A stretch of DNA of 64,000 nt, taken from contig JAZQET010000092.1 in NCBI GenBank assembly GCA_045539135.1, positions 1,200-65,199 on the forward strand, written 5' to 3'. The notes beneath the pieces are model-generated. The model did not search any database. It was not told where the DNA came from and saw nothing but the letters and a program-made list of their open reading frames with translations. Below are positions 1 to 8,618 of the stretch, one piece after another. Made by a program: the position numbers and the translations under genes. This stretch comes from Eubacteriales bacterium (GTDB lineage Bacteria; Bacillota; Clostridia; Oscillospirales; QAKW01). Each line of letters begins with the position of its first letter. Within the stretch, counting starts at the first letter, position 1.

Positions 1-724
1 CCACCTTGGGCAGACCGGTGGGGATGGTATAAAGATCCCCGATGGTAAAGACATTTTCTTCCATTCCGGGGATGAATTTTACCATCAGCGCACCCACCAC
101 CACCGCGATCAGGGAGGGGGGCAGGCGCTTTTCGATTTTGGGATAAACGATCAGGATCGCCAAGCAGACCACGCCCACCAGCAAGGCTTGCCAGCTAAAG
201 GTGGAGATGGCTTCCAGATTGGCATGGAGCTTTTCCAAGGTCTCCACCGGTTTGACACCTTCTCCATAGGTCAGACCCAAAAAGTCTTTGATCTGCCCCA
301 CCAAAATGGTGACGGCGATACCTGCGGTAAAGCCGGTGGTGATGGTAAAGGGAATAAATTTAATGAGGGCGCCGAACTTGAACACACCCATCAAGATCAG
401 CATAATACCTGCCAGCACGGTGGCGATAAAAAGACCGTCCATTCCGTTGGTGGCGACCACCCCCGCCACAATGGTGGCAAAGGCGGCGGTAGGGCCTGCG
501 ATCTGCACACGGCTGCCGCCCAAAAGGGAGACGCAAAAGCCTGCCGCAATGGCGGTATACACACCGCAAGCAGGTTCCACACCCGAAGCCAGCGCCAAGG
601 CGATGGACAGGGGCAGTGCGATGATCGCCACAATGATACCGGCGATCAGATCCTTGCCGAACTGGGCTTTTGTATAAGTTTTCATCACCGAAAAAAACTT
701 CGGTTTCAAATAGAATTTACTCAA
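1..724 (-). CDS. SulP-family inorganic anion transporter, N-terminal part (gene runs off the left edge)
   Basis: Own translation of the minus strand. It is absent from the ORF track because its stop lies outside the window. TTG at 724 is preceded by AAGGAG. Product begins LSKFYLKPKFFSVMKTYTKAQFGKDLIAGIIVAIIALPLSIALALASGV...LLGGSRVQIAGPTAAFA...KFIPFTITTGFTAGIA, a typical SulP N-terminal membrane region. Confidence 0.8.
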   Translation of the reverse strand, partial: MSKFYLKPKFFSVMKTYTKAQFGKDLIAGIIVAIIALPLSIALALASGVEPACGVYTAIAAGFCVSLLGGSRVQIAGPTAAFATIVAGVVATNGMDGLFIATVLAGIMLILMGVFKFGALIKFIPFTITTGFTAGIAVTILVGQIKDFLGLTYGEGVKPVETLEKLHANLEAISTFSWQALLVGVVCLAILIVYPKIEKRLPPSLIAVVVGALMVKFIPGMEENVFTIGDLYTIPTGLPKV

Positions 725-790
725 TTTCTTCACTCCTTTTTTAATGCACTATTATTATAATCCTTTGATTTTTGCTGTCAATGGGTTTGG

Positions 791-826
791 GTAAAAAATA
801 TCCTGCAGAGCAATCTCTGCAGGATT
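791..826 (-). terminator. Rho-independent terminator after the 90-aa gene
   Basis: Inverted repeat tcctgcagag-caat-ctctgcagga (801-824), followed on the minus strand by a T-run (plus-strand aaaaaata at 793-800). Confidence 0.7.
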
Positions 827-828
827 CA

Positions 829-1101
829 TTACCGATACCGCTTTTTATGGAGGAACATAAAGATGGAAAAGAGTTCCACATTTTTCTCTTCTGCAAAGGA
901 TTCAAGCAATTCCTCGCAAAGCCGATCGTCCCGCAAGGACTCCTCGATCTTATTGAGAAGATCCAAATGATTCAAACTGTAACGCGCCACCTCTTGATAG
1001 AAGGGATCCAACCACGCAAGGTGATCGGTCAACCGCCCCAATGTTTCCACCAAGTATTGCGCTTGGTTTTCCTCATAATTCTGAAACCGATTTTCGCTCA
1101 T
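829..1101 (-). CDS. Hypothetical small acidic protein (90 aa)
   Basis: ORF-track protein MSENRFQNYEENQAQYLVETL... It has a G-rich SD-like stretch (gggggaaaacgggATG) and is flanked by a leader terminator upstream and its own terminator downstream. I recognise no family. Confidence 0.55.
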   Translation of the reverse strand: MSENRFQNYEENQAQYLVETLGRLTDHLAWLDPFYQEVARYSLNHLDLLNKIEESLRDDRLCEELLESFAEEKNVELFSIFMFLHKKRYR

Positions 1102-1118
1102 CCCGTTTTCCCCCTAAA

Positions 1119-1150
1119 ATAAAAAAGTGCGCAGCGGATGCCGCGCACTG
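1119..1150 (-). terminator. Intrinsic terminator at the 3' end of a ~150-nt leader, directly upstream of the 90-aa gene
   Basis: Minus strand reads cagtgcgcggcatccgctgcgcacTTTTTTaTTTT. The GC-rich stem is agtgcgc/gcgcact, followed by a U-run. Confidence 0.7.
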
Positions 1151-1270
1151 AAAAACGGGTGCTACGGCTCCTGCTGCGACACAGTTATCCAAAAACGGAC
1201 GGTGAACCAAGCATACCGTTTTTACCAAACAGTATGCCGTTTTTGGATAATATTAAACTGTGTCGCACCA
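1150..1270 (-). promoter_or_regulatory. Candidate structured 5' leader or small RNA (long imperfect hairpin)
   Basis: Minus-strand RNA GCGACACAGUU..AUCCAAAAACGG..GCAUAC-loop-GUAUGC..CCGUUUUUGGAU..AACUGUGUCGC forms a ~95-nt rod. The motifs AAAAACGG and CCGUUUUU recur and could alternatively pair with ACCCGUUUUU just 5' of the terminator. Confidence 0.4.
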
Positions 1271-1272
1271 TT

Positions 1273-1301
1273 ATTTTATCACCGATTTGAAAAATATGCA
1301 A
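1273..1301 (-). promoter_or_regulatory. Sigma-A-type promoter for the leader and 90-aa gene
   Basis: Minus strand has TTGCAT (1301-1296), a 17-nt spacer, then TAAAAT (1278-1273). Confidence 0.6.
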
Positions 1302-1302
1302 C

Positions 1303-1340
1303 AAAAAAAGAAAAGATCCGCGAAAAAGCAGATCTTTTCT
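1303..1340 (-). terminator. Rho-independent terminator of the CapA-like gene
   Basis: Stem gaaaagatc/gatcttttc (1310-1339), followed on the minus strand by TTTTTTT. Confidence 0.7.
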
Positions 1341-1352
1341 TGATATTTACAT

Positions 1353-2639
1353 TTATTCCGCGATCAATGCGGCGGGAACCTCTTTGATTCCCAAGGTCTC
1401 GCGGCAGGCATTGAGCCCCTCGCCCACCACATCCATAATGCGGTCGTAAGAGGAGGTTAAGGAGCGAAGACTGTTGACCCCGAAAACCGAAAGATCTTTG
1501 GCTTCGGTATCCAGCGGGATGATGGTATACACCCGTCTGCCGCCCTCATATTCCATATTGACCCAAGTGGGCAGAATATCCATTGCGGAGACCTCCACCC
1601 GACCGTCGCTCCACTTTTGGAAGGTGATCTCGAAGACCATTCCGTCTTCGGTATGCCCGTTGGGCGCACTGGAAATACGGTCTCTGCGCTGGTTGGAAAC
1701 CGCATTGCCCACCGAGTAAACGCAATAGGTTTTATGCCCGTTTTCGGCGGTCAGTACCTCCATGGGCTGAAGCACATGGGGATGACCGCCCACGATCACA
1801 TCCACCCCCAGCTCATTCAGGCGGGCGGCGATGGTTTTTTGCTTTTTATTAGGCTTGAGTTGATATTCCTCGCCCCAATGGATAAACAGCATGGTGGCAT
1901 CGGCGCCCTCTGCCTTCATGGCGGCAAGGGTGGTCTCTACCTCCCGATAAAAGCTTTCCAGATCACTGTAATTAAAGCTGTTGACCAGCGGGCAGGCCTC
2001 CGCCTTCAAGGGGATGCCGTTTAAGGTCTTGCGCCCGTCGGAGGTCTTTTCGGTCTCATAGGTATAGCACGCCATTCCGAGGGAAATGCCGTCCACATCC
2101 CGCATAATATAATTTTTATCGGTCTCCGACAGGCGGGTGCCGGTATAGGCCATTCCCTTTTCCTTCAGCACCTGCTGCGTGCGGGTGAGCCCGTGATAGA
2201 AGGTATCATAGGTATGGTTATTGGCGGTGAGCACCATATCCACCCCTGCGCCCTGCAGGGCATCGATCACCGTGTCGGGACAGTTGAAGGTGGGATAGCC
2301 CACATAGGCGCCCGCCTCGGTGCCGCCCAAGGTGACCTCCAGATTGGCGATCATCAAGTCATAGCGGCTATAGTAGTCGGTGATATGGGTATAATTCTCG
2401 CTGAAATCATAATCGATCCGTGCCGCAGAGGTGATCAGCGGGGTATGGACCAGAATATCACCGGTCACACCCACGGTGGAATTGGCCACCACAAAGGGAC
2501 CCTCCGGCACGCCGGGGCGGTGCTCCTTTTCCACATAATCGGACACTGCCTGCTTGGCCGGTGCGCAAGAGGCGCAAAGCACCAAAATCATCAGCAATAA
2601 TGCGGCTTGCCGCAAAATGAAGCGTACTCTTTTTTTCAT
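1353..2639 (-). CDS. CapA/PGA_cap-family metallophosphatase-like lipoprotein
   Basis: 428 aa. Signal peptide with lipobox (LVLCASC). Motifs GDILVHTPL, ANLEVTLGG, FNCPD, LTANNHTYD and GGHPHVLQP are typical of the CapA family. Confidence 0.8.
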   Translation of the reverse strand: MKKRVRFILRQAALLLMILVLCASCAPAKQAVSDYVEKEHRPGVPEGPFVVANSTVGVTGDILVHTPLITSAARIDYDFSENYTHITDYYSRYDLMIANLEVTLGGTEAGAYVGYPTFNCPDTVIDALQGAGVDMVLTANNHTYDTFYHGLTRTQQVLKEKGMAYTGTRLSETDKNYIMRDVDGISLGMACYTYETEKTSDGRKTLNGIPLKAEACPLVNSFNYSDLESFYREVETTLAAMKAEGADATMLFIHWGEEYQLKPNKKQKTIAARLNELGVDVIVGGHPHVLQPMEVLTAENGHKTYCVYSVGNAVSNQRRDRISSAPNGHTEDGMVFEITFQKWSDGRVEVSAMDILPTWVNMEYEGGRRVYTIIPLDTEAKDLSVFGVNSLRSLTSSYDRIMDVVGEGLNACRETLGIKEVPAALIAE

Positions 2640-2648
2640 AGTTTCCCC

Positions 2649-2996
2649 TCAAATGATACGGGACAGCAGTTCATACAGAACATCCCACAGTGCATACAGC
2701 GGCATAAAGCTCAACAGCAGCACGCCGATGTCCAACGCCACGCCGCGCATGGTGAAATTTTTATGGCGGGAGATGACGTAAAACAGAAACAGCATCACCG
2801 CCGCCACCAAGCAAAGCAAGCCCGCAATAATGCTGACCCGATAGTCGATGGGGCTGATGATGATCTCCCCGAAGGACACCAGCTTATACCAAGTCAGCAA
2901 GCAATACAGCCCTGCACTGCCCGCCGCAGACAAACCCAGCGCCAGCAAAGCAGGCACCACAAACCGCCGCAGTCTCTTCCATTCCAATTTTTTCAT
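2649..2996 (-). CDS. Hypothetical small membrane protein (about 3 TM segments)
   Basis: 115 aa, hydrophobic segments, 9 nt upstream of the CapA-like gene in the same orientation. Confidence 0.55.
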   Translation of the reverse strand: MKKLEWKRLRRFVVPALLALGLSAAGSAGLYCLLTWYKLVSFGEIIISPIDYRVSIIAGLLCLVAAVMLFLFYVISRHKNFTMRGVALDIGVLLLSFMPLYALWDVLYELLSRII

Positions 2997-3147
2997 ATCC
3001 TCACCTGATTTCTTATATTTTATTTCACTTTATACTATACCGAATTTTTTCCGTTTTGACAAGAGGAAACGTTGAAAAAATCAAGGCTTTCCGATTTTCC
3101 GCCGGTTGCATTCTGTAATGTAAAAATTGGATTTTGTAAGTAACTAC

Positions 3148-3176
3148 TTGCTTTTTATATATTATTGTACTATAAT
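3148..3176 (+). promoter_or_regulatory. Candidate sigma-A promoter of the capsule biosynthesis operon
   Basis: TTGCTT (3148-3153), 17-nt spacer, TATAAT (3171-3176), about 80 nt upstream of the first cps gene. Confidence 0.55.
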
Positions 3177-3254
3177 ATATTTATATTTATGATGTGGTAT
3201 TGCGCCCATCGGCTCAAAGGCGCAAAAAACAACGGAAAAGGAAGTTTCAAAACG

Positions 3255-4442
3255 ATGGAATTCAAACCATTCAAGGAAAAAGTATGGCTCTCCTCCCCCA
3301 CTATGCACGGGGAAGAATTGGCTTACATAACCGAAGCGTATAAGACCAACTGGATGTCTACCATCGGTGAAAATATCAATCAAACCGAGGCTTATGCCGC
3401 CCAATATGTTGGCTGCAAGCACGCGGTAGGTCTCTCCTGCGGCACCGCCGCCCTGCATATGGCAATGAAGCTGGCAGGGGTCAAGCGGGGAGACAAGGTG
3501 TTTTGCTCCGATATGACCTTTGCGGCTACCGTCAATCCGGTGGTCTACGAGGGCGGCGTTCCCGTTTTCATCGATGTGGAGCGGGACACTTGGAATATGG
3601 ATCCTGTTGCATTGGAAAAAGCCTTTGAACTGTATCCCGATGTGAAGGTGGTGGTGGTTGCCAATCTTTACGGTACCCCCGCCAAGCTGGATGAGATCGC
3701 CGCCGTCTGCAAGCAGCACGGCGCCACTCTGATCGAGGATGCCGCCGAGTCTCTCGGCGCCACTTATAAAGGACAGCAGACCGGTTCCTTCGGTACATAC
3801 AATGTGATTTCCTTTAACGGCAATAAGATCATCACCGGCTCCTCCGGCGGAATGCTTTTGACCGATGATGCCGAAGCCGCCGCCAAGGTGCGCAAGTGGT
3901 CCACCCAAAGTCGGGACAATGCCCCTTGGTATCACCACACCGAGTTGGGTTATAACTACCGCATGAGCAATGTGATCGCAGGCGTGGTGCGCGGGCAGTT
4001 TCCTCATTTGGAGGAGCACATCGCGCAAAAGAAAGCCATCTTCGAGCGTTACAAGGAAGGCTTCAAGGACCTGCCTGTTACCATGAATCCTTTTGACGAA
4101 GAGACGATGGTGCCCAACTATTGGCTCTCCTGCCTGCTGATCGACGAAAGCGCCCTTTGCAAGCAGGAATACGGTGCCACCGCAGTGGAGTATGCCAAAG
4201 AGCAAGGCAAGACCTGCCCTGCCGAGATCTTGGAAAAGCTTTCCGCCTGCAATGCAGAGGGAAGACCCATCTGGAAGCCTATGCATCTGCAACCGATCTA
4301 TGCAAAGAATGCCTTTGTTACCGCGGCAGATACAGAGGTGGACACCGATATCTTCCAAAGAGGTCTTTGCCTGCCCAGCGATAATAAAATGACCGAGGAA
4401 CAGCAGGCGACGATCATCGAGATCATCCGCTCCTGCTTTTAA
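3255..4442 (+). CDS. DegT/DnrJ/EryC1/StrS-family sugar aminotransferase (PglE/EpsN-like)
   Basis: Trimmed from ORF 3165..4442 to MEFKPFKEKVWLSSPTMHGEEL. Contains FNGNKIITGSSGGMLLT (PLP-lysine region) and YNYRMSNV. Confidence 0.85.
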   Translation: MEFKPFKEKVWLSSPTMHGEELAYITEAYKTNWMSTIGENINQTEAYAAQYVGCKHAVGLSCGTAALHMAMKLAGVKRGDKVFCSDMTFAATVNPVVYEGGVPVFIDVERDTWNMDPVALEKAFELYPDVKVVVVANLYGTPAKLDEIAAVCKQHGATLIEDAAESLGATYKGQQTGSFGTYNVISFNGNKIITGSSGGMLLTDDAEAAAKVRKWSTQSRDNAPWYHHTELGYNYRMSNVIAGVVRGQFPHLEEHIAQKKAIFERYKEGFKDLPVTMNPFDEETMVPNYWLSCLLIDESALCKQEYGATAVEYAKEQGKTCPAEILEKLSACNAEGRPIWKPMHLQPIYAKNAFVTAADTEVDTDIFQRGLCLPSDNKMTEEQQATIIEIIRSCF

Positions 4443-4453
4443 GGTGTAAGCGT

Positions 4454-5083
4454 ATGTATGCAAACTGTTTCAAACGCGTTTTAGACTTCTTGCTTTCTCT
4501 TTGCGCCTTGACGGTGCTCTCTCCCCTGCTGCTGGCGCTGACTGTCATCGGCGCCATCGCGATGAAGGGGAACCCCTTTTTCACCCAACTGCGGCCGGGG
4601 AAGGACGAGCGGATCTTCAAGCTGATCAAATTCCGCACCATGACCTGCGAGACCGACGCCGACGGCAAGCCTTTGCCTGATGAACAGCGGCTGACCGCCT
4701 ACGGCAAGTTCTTGCGCGCTTCCTCGCTGGACGAACTGCCGGAGCTGTTCAACATCCTCATCGGCGATATGTCCATCGTGGGTCCGCGACCACTTTTGGT
4801 GGAATACTTACCCCTCTATAACGAAGAACAACGGCATCGTCACGATGTTCGCCCCGGACTGACCGGATATGCTCAAGTGCACGGACGCAACTCTGTGACT
4901 TGGGAAGAAAAGTTTCGGATGGATGTGGAGTATACCAAACACATCACCTTCGGAAAAGATCTACGCATTATTTTGGATACCGTGCTTGCGGTTTTGAAGC
5001 AAGACGGCATCAGTTCCGAAACCTCTGCTACAATGGAAAAATTTCAAGGTACATTTGAAGAAAAGGAATCTGTGAATTTATGA
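4454..5083 (+). CDS. Small monotopic phosphoglycosyl transferase (bacterial sugar transferase, PglC/EpsL-like)
   Basis: 209 aa. One N-terminal hydrophobic helix, KLIKFRTM, SLDELPELFNILIGDMSIVGPRP. Confidence 0.9.
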   Translation: MYANCFKRVLDFLLSLCALTVLSPLLLALTVIGAIAMKGNPFFTQLRPGKDERIFKLIKFRTMTCETDADGKPLPDEQRLTAYGKFLRASSLDELPELFNILIGDMSIVGPRPLLVEYLPLYNEEQRHRHDVRPGLTGYAQVHGRNSVTWEEKFRMDVEYTKHITFGKDLRIILDTVLAVLKQDGISSETSATMEKFQGTFEEKESVNL

Positions 5084-5688
5084 AAGAATTAATCATCTTT
5101 GGTGCAGGCGGGCACGCAAAAGTGGTTGCCGATCTGGCCATTCAGACAGGATATAAGATCCGCGGTTTTTTGGATGATCACCCCACCGCGCCCTCCTGCT
5201 TGGATTATCCCATTCTCGGATGTATTGAAGATTGTTTGAACTTTCCAAAGGCAGACTTCGCATTAGGCATCGGCAACAATGCTGTACGCAAACGCATTAT
5301 GGAACAGTTTCATCTGAATTTCCCCATCTTGATCCATCCGCGGGCAACAGTCAGCCCCTTCAGTACCGTTGGTGCAGGCACTGTTGTGATGGCGGGTGCG
5401 ATCGTCAATGCCTGTGCCACGATCGGGCAAGGGTGCGTGATCAATACCGCCGCTGTGGTGGAGCACGATTGCACAATAGGAGACTTTACCCTTCTGGCAC
5501 CCCACAGCACTGTTTGCGGCGGAACTTCTATCGGTTCGGAATGCTGGATCGGAGCGGGCAGTACCGTAAACAACGGTTTGCAGATCTGCAACGCAGCCAC
5601 GGTCGGATCCGGTGCTGCGGTGACAAAAAGCATCACTCAAGCCGGCACCTATGTGGGCGTGCCTGCAAAAATACGGAACGGAGAATAA
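5080..5688 (+). CDS. Hexapeptide-repeat sugar N-acetyltransferase (PglD/NeuD-like)
   Basis: 202 aa. N-terminal IIFGAGGHAKVVADL, C-terminal left-handed beta-helix repeats (GAGTVVMAGAIV..GQGCVINTAAVV). Confidence 0.85.
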   Translation: MKELIIFGAGGHAKVVADLAIQTGYKIRGFLDDHPTAPSCLDYPILGCIEDCLNFPKADFALGIGNNAVRKRIMEQFHLNFPILIHPRATVSPFSTVGAGTVVMAGAIVNACATIGQGCVINTAAVVEHDCTIGDFTLLAPHSTVCGGTSIGSECWIGAGSTVNNGLQICNAATVGSGAAVTKSITQAGTYVGVPAKIRNGE

Positions 5689-5689
5689 T

Positions 5690-6535
5690 ATGGCACTTAC
5701 CTTGATGTATATTACCAATAATCCAAAAGTTGCTCTGATTGCTCAAGAGGCAGGAGTAGACCGTATCTGGGTGGATATGGAATACATCGGCAAAGAAGAC
5801 CGTCAGGCAGGGATGAATACCGTAAAATCTCATCATACGCTCGAAGATATCAAAGCCTTGCGTCCTATCGTGACCAAGTCCCAATTAATGGTACGGGTAA
5901 ACCCCCTCCACGATGCCACGGAAGCATACGGCAGTTCGGAAGAAGAGATCGATGCCGCGATCCGCTACGGTGCCGATGTTTTAATGCTACCGATGTTTCG
6001 CACCAAAGAAGAGGCAGAGCGGTTTGTGCGTTATGTGAACGGGCGCGCAATCGTTCAGCTTTTGGTTGAAACGGCCGAAGCCGCAGAACACATTGATGAG
6101 ATCTTGGAAGTAGACGGTGTCGACGAAATCCATATCGGCTTAAATGATCTGCACTTAGCTTACGGCAAAGATTTTATGTTTGAACTTTTATGCGACGAAA
6201 CGGTACAAACGCTTTGCGCGAAAATTGCCGCAAAGGGAATTAAATACGGGTTCGGCGGAGTTGCTCGCGTAGGTTACGGAATGCTTCCTGCCGAATACAT
6301 CATTGCCGAACATTATGCACTCGGTTCCACCGCCGCCATTCTCTCAAGAGGATTTTGCGATGCCAACATCGTGAGCGACCCCACAGAGATCAAAGAGATC
6401 TTTATGGAAGGAGTGCGCAACATCCGCAAAAAAGAACAGGAAGTGGCGCAGTTCACTTGCGAACAATATGCAGAAAATCGCCGCACCATCCAAGAAAAAG
6501 TGGCAGCCATTGTTGCCAAAAAGAAGGGCTTATGA
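5690..6535 (+). CDS. HpcH/HpaI aldolase / citrate-lyase-beta-like family protein
   Basis: Trimmed to MALTLMYITNNPKVALIAQEAGVDRIWVDMEYIGKEDRQ. TIM-barrel aldolase-like pattern (LMVRVNP, ADVLMLPMFRT, LLVETAEA, IHIGLNDL). Confidence 0.7.
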   Translation: MALTLMYITNNPKVALIAQEAGVDRIWVDMEYIGKEDRQAGMNTVKSHHTLEDIKALRPIVTKSQLMVRVNPLHDATEAYGSSEEEIDAAIRYGADVLMLPMFRTKEEAERFVRYVNGRAIVQLLVETAEAAEHIDEILEVDGVDEIHIGLNDLHLAYGKDFMFELLCDETVQTLCAKIAAKGIKYGFGGVARVGYGMLPAEYIIAEHYALGSTAAILSRGFCDANIVSDPTEIKEIFMEGVRNIRKKEQEVAQFTCEQYAENRRTIQEKVAAIVAKKKGL

Positions 6536-7689
6536 AAAAGATTTGTATGATCACTACCGTTTCTTTGACCCTAAAAAGCTTTGTGGTGGAAACGGCAAAA
6601 CAATTGCAAAAGGAATGTGGGTATGAAGTAACGCTGGTGTGCCATCGGGACGATGCATTTGCCGCATCCCTTCCCGACGGAATCCGTTATATACCGGTCT
6701 CTATGGCACGCGGCATTGACTTTTCTGCTCTTTCTTCTGTTTTTCAATTTATCAAACTGTTTCGCAAGGAACGGTTTGATCTGGTTCAATATGCCACCCC
6801 CAATGCCTCTTGCTACGCAAGCATTGCCGCGCGGCTCTGCCGTGTACCCATCCGTCTTTACTGCCAATGGGGCATCCGCTATGTGGGCTTTTCGGGAACC
6901 AAACGGAAGATCTTCAAGTTTTTGGAGAAATTGGTCTGCCGCAATTCCACCCATATCCGTGCAGTCAGTCCTAAAAATATGCAGTTTGCGATTGAAGAAG
7001 GGCTTTATCCTCAAAGCAAAGCCAAGGTGGTAGGAAACGGAGGAACCATCGGTGTGGACCTGACCGCTTACGACATTCAGAAAAAAGACGAATGGCGGGA
7101 AACCATACGCAGTCAATACAGTATTGATTCCAATGATACCGTCTTCGGTTTTGTGGGCAGAATTTCAAAGGACAAGGGATGCACTGAGTTATTGAGTGCT
7201 TTTCAAACCCTTTGCAAAGAAATCGAAACCGTAAAACTTTTGATCGTGGGTCCTCTTGAGGAAGACTGCGGCGTGGATCCTGCGCTGATTCGATGGGCAC
7301 AGGAATCCGAAAAAGTCCTCTTCACCGGCAAGGTAGAAAACTCCGTTGTGAAAAATTACTATGCCGCCATGGACGCTTTAATACACCCCACCTATCGGGA
7401 AGGATTCGGAATGGTAATCCAAGAAGCAGGCGCGTTAGCCGTGCCGGTTCTGACCACCCGCATCATCGGCGCTTCCGAGGTGATGAAAGAAAACGTTTCC
7501 TGCCTCTTGGCAGAGCCAAAAAATACAGAAGACCTTTATGAGAAGATGCTTCTTCTCGCAAAAGATCCCGCTTTAATAAAGCGCTTGGGTGCCGCCGCTC
7601 TTGCGCAAACAGAAGCGCTTTATGCACGACCCATTATGCTCCGCAATCAGCAGGCGGATTATCAATTTTTGTTAGAGGAAACCAAATGA
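6532..7689 (+). CDS. Glycosyltransferase, GT4 (GT-B) family
   Basis: Trimmed to MKKICMITTVS, with an ATGA overlap with the upstream stop. Contains GRISKDKGCTELL and EGFGMVIQEAGALAVPVL (E-x7-E). Confidence 0.85.
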   Translation: MKKICMITTVSLTLKSFVVETAKQLQKECGYEVTLVCHRDDAFAASLPDGIRYIPVSMARGIDFSALSSVFQFIKLFRKERFDLVQYATPNASCYASIAARLCRVPIRLYCQWGIRYVGFSGTKRKIFKFLEKLVCRNSTHIRAVSPKNMQFAIEEGLYPQSKAKVVGNGGTIGVDLTAYDIQKKDEWRETIRSQYSIDSNDTVFGFVGRISKDKGCTELLSAFQTLCKEIETVKLLIVGPLEEDCGVDPALIRWAQESEKVLFTGKVENSVVKNYYAAMDALIHPTYREGFGMVIQEAGALAVPVLTTRIIGASEVMKENVSCLLAEPKNTEDLYEKMLLLAKDPALIKRLGAAALAQTEALYARPIMLRNQQADYQFLLEETK

Positions 7690-8618
7690 ACATCGTTTTA
7701 ACCGATAAACCTCTCCAAGAGGAACTGTTTCCAAAAGATACGGTAATCAAAACCGTCACACGGGAAACATTGCGAAATTATAACGGCGATCCTCAAGTAA
7801 CCGCCATCGCCGGTTCTCGCGCTATGGCAATTCAATGTGCCGATATGGATTTTCCTTCCCTAAGGCTCTTTCAGTTGACCAGTGCAGGCTTTGATGGAGT
7901 GCCGTTAGCCGCTTATGCCGAAAAGGGAATCCCTGTTGCCAATGCCGGAACGGTATATAGCGCTCCCATTGCCGAAACGGTTGTTTTCGGGATGTTGACA
8001 ATGGCAAAAAAACTGCGTCAAAACCCCAACAACCGCCGCTTCAAACTAACCCGCGGTTATCGTTTGATCACCGAATTGAAGGATAAAAAAATTCTGATTA
8101 TGGGTGCAGGCAACATCGGCACCGCAGTGGCAGAACGTCTTTTGGGTTTTGAGGCGCAAATTGAAGGATATGATCCATATTGCAAAGAGAAACCTCAATA
8201 TCGACGTATTCTGCGCACGCGTGAAGAGCTGCTTGCCAATCTGGGCACTTATGATTATATTATCTCCACCCTTCCCGACAACGAAGAGACCAACGGTTTT
8301 ATTAACGCCACTTTACTGAAGACAATGAAACCCTCTGCGGTAATCATCAATGTGGGCAGAAAAGCCGTATTCCAACAAAAGGAACTATACAATGCCTTGA
8401 AAAAGAGCACCATCGGCGGAGCGGTTTTGGATCATTTTGAAAAGATTCCCAATCCTTTAACAAACCCTTTTCGTCGGCTGTCAAATGTTGTGATCCTTCC
8501 CGGCGTTGCCGCCATATCCAACGAAGTAAACTTTCGCCTAAGCGCCTATATGTCCAGAAATATTAAAGCAGCGCTGAACGGTGACCCAATTTCTAATGTA
8601 ATAAACGGAGTGAAGTAA
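7686..8618 (+). CDS. D-isomer-specific 2-hydroxyacid dehydrogenase family, NAD-binding
   Basis: 310 aa. ILIMGAGNIGTAVAERL Rossmann motif and GAVLDHF. Confidence 0.8.
   Translation: MNIVLTDKPLQEELFPKDTVIKTVTRETLRNYNGDPQVTAIAGSRAMAIQCADMDFPSLRLFQLTSAGFDGVPLAAYAEKGIPVANAGTVYSAPIAETVVFGMLTMAKKLRQNPNNRRFKLTRGYRLITELKDKKILIMGAGNIGTAVAERLLGFEAQIEGYDPYCKEKPQYRRILRTREELLANLGTYDYIISTLPDNEETNGFINATLLKTMKPSAVIINVGRKAVFQQKELYNALKKSTIGGAVLDHFEKIPNPLTNPFRRLSNVVILPGVAAISNEVNFRLSAYMSRNIKAALNGDPISNVINGVK

Noticed and set aside
188-760. 190-aa and 129-aa plus-strand ORFs at the left edge
   Set aside because: Both are antisense or out of frame relative to the SulP transporter, which reads cleanly on the minus strand. 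Their translations are Gly/His/Arg-rich nonsense.
1127-1387. 86-aa plus-strand ORF
   Set aside because: It spans two minus-strand terminators and a promoter, has no SD and yields a Cys/Arg-rich product. The region is better explained as a minus-strand leader.
3162-4463. 433-aa ORF on the minus strand
   Set aside because: It is antisense to the DegT-family aminotransferase, so it is a shadow ORF.
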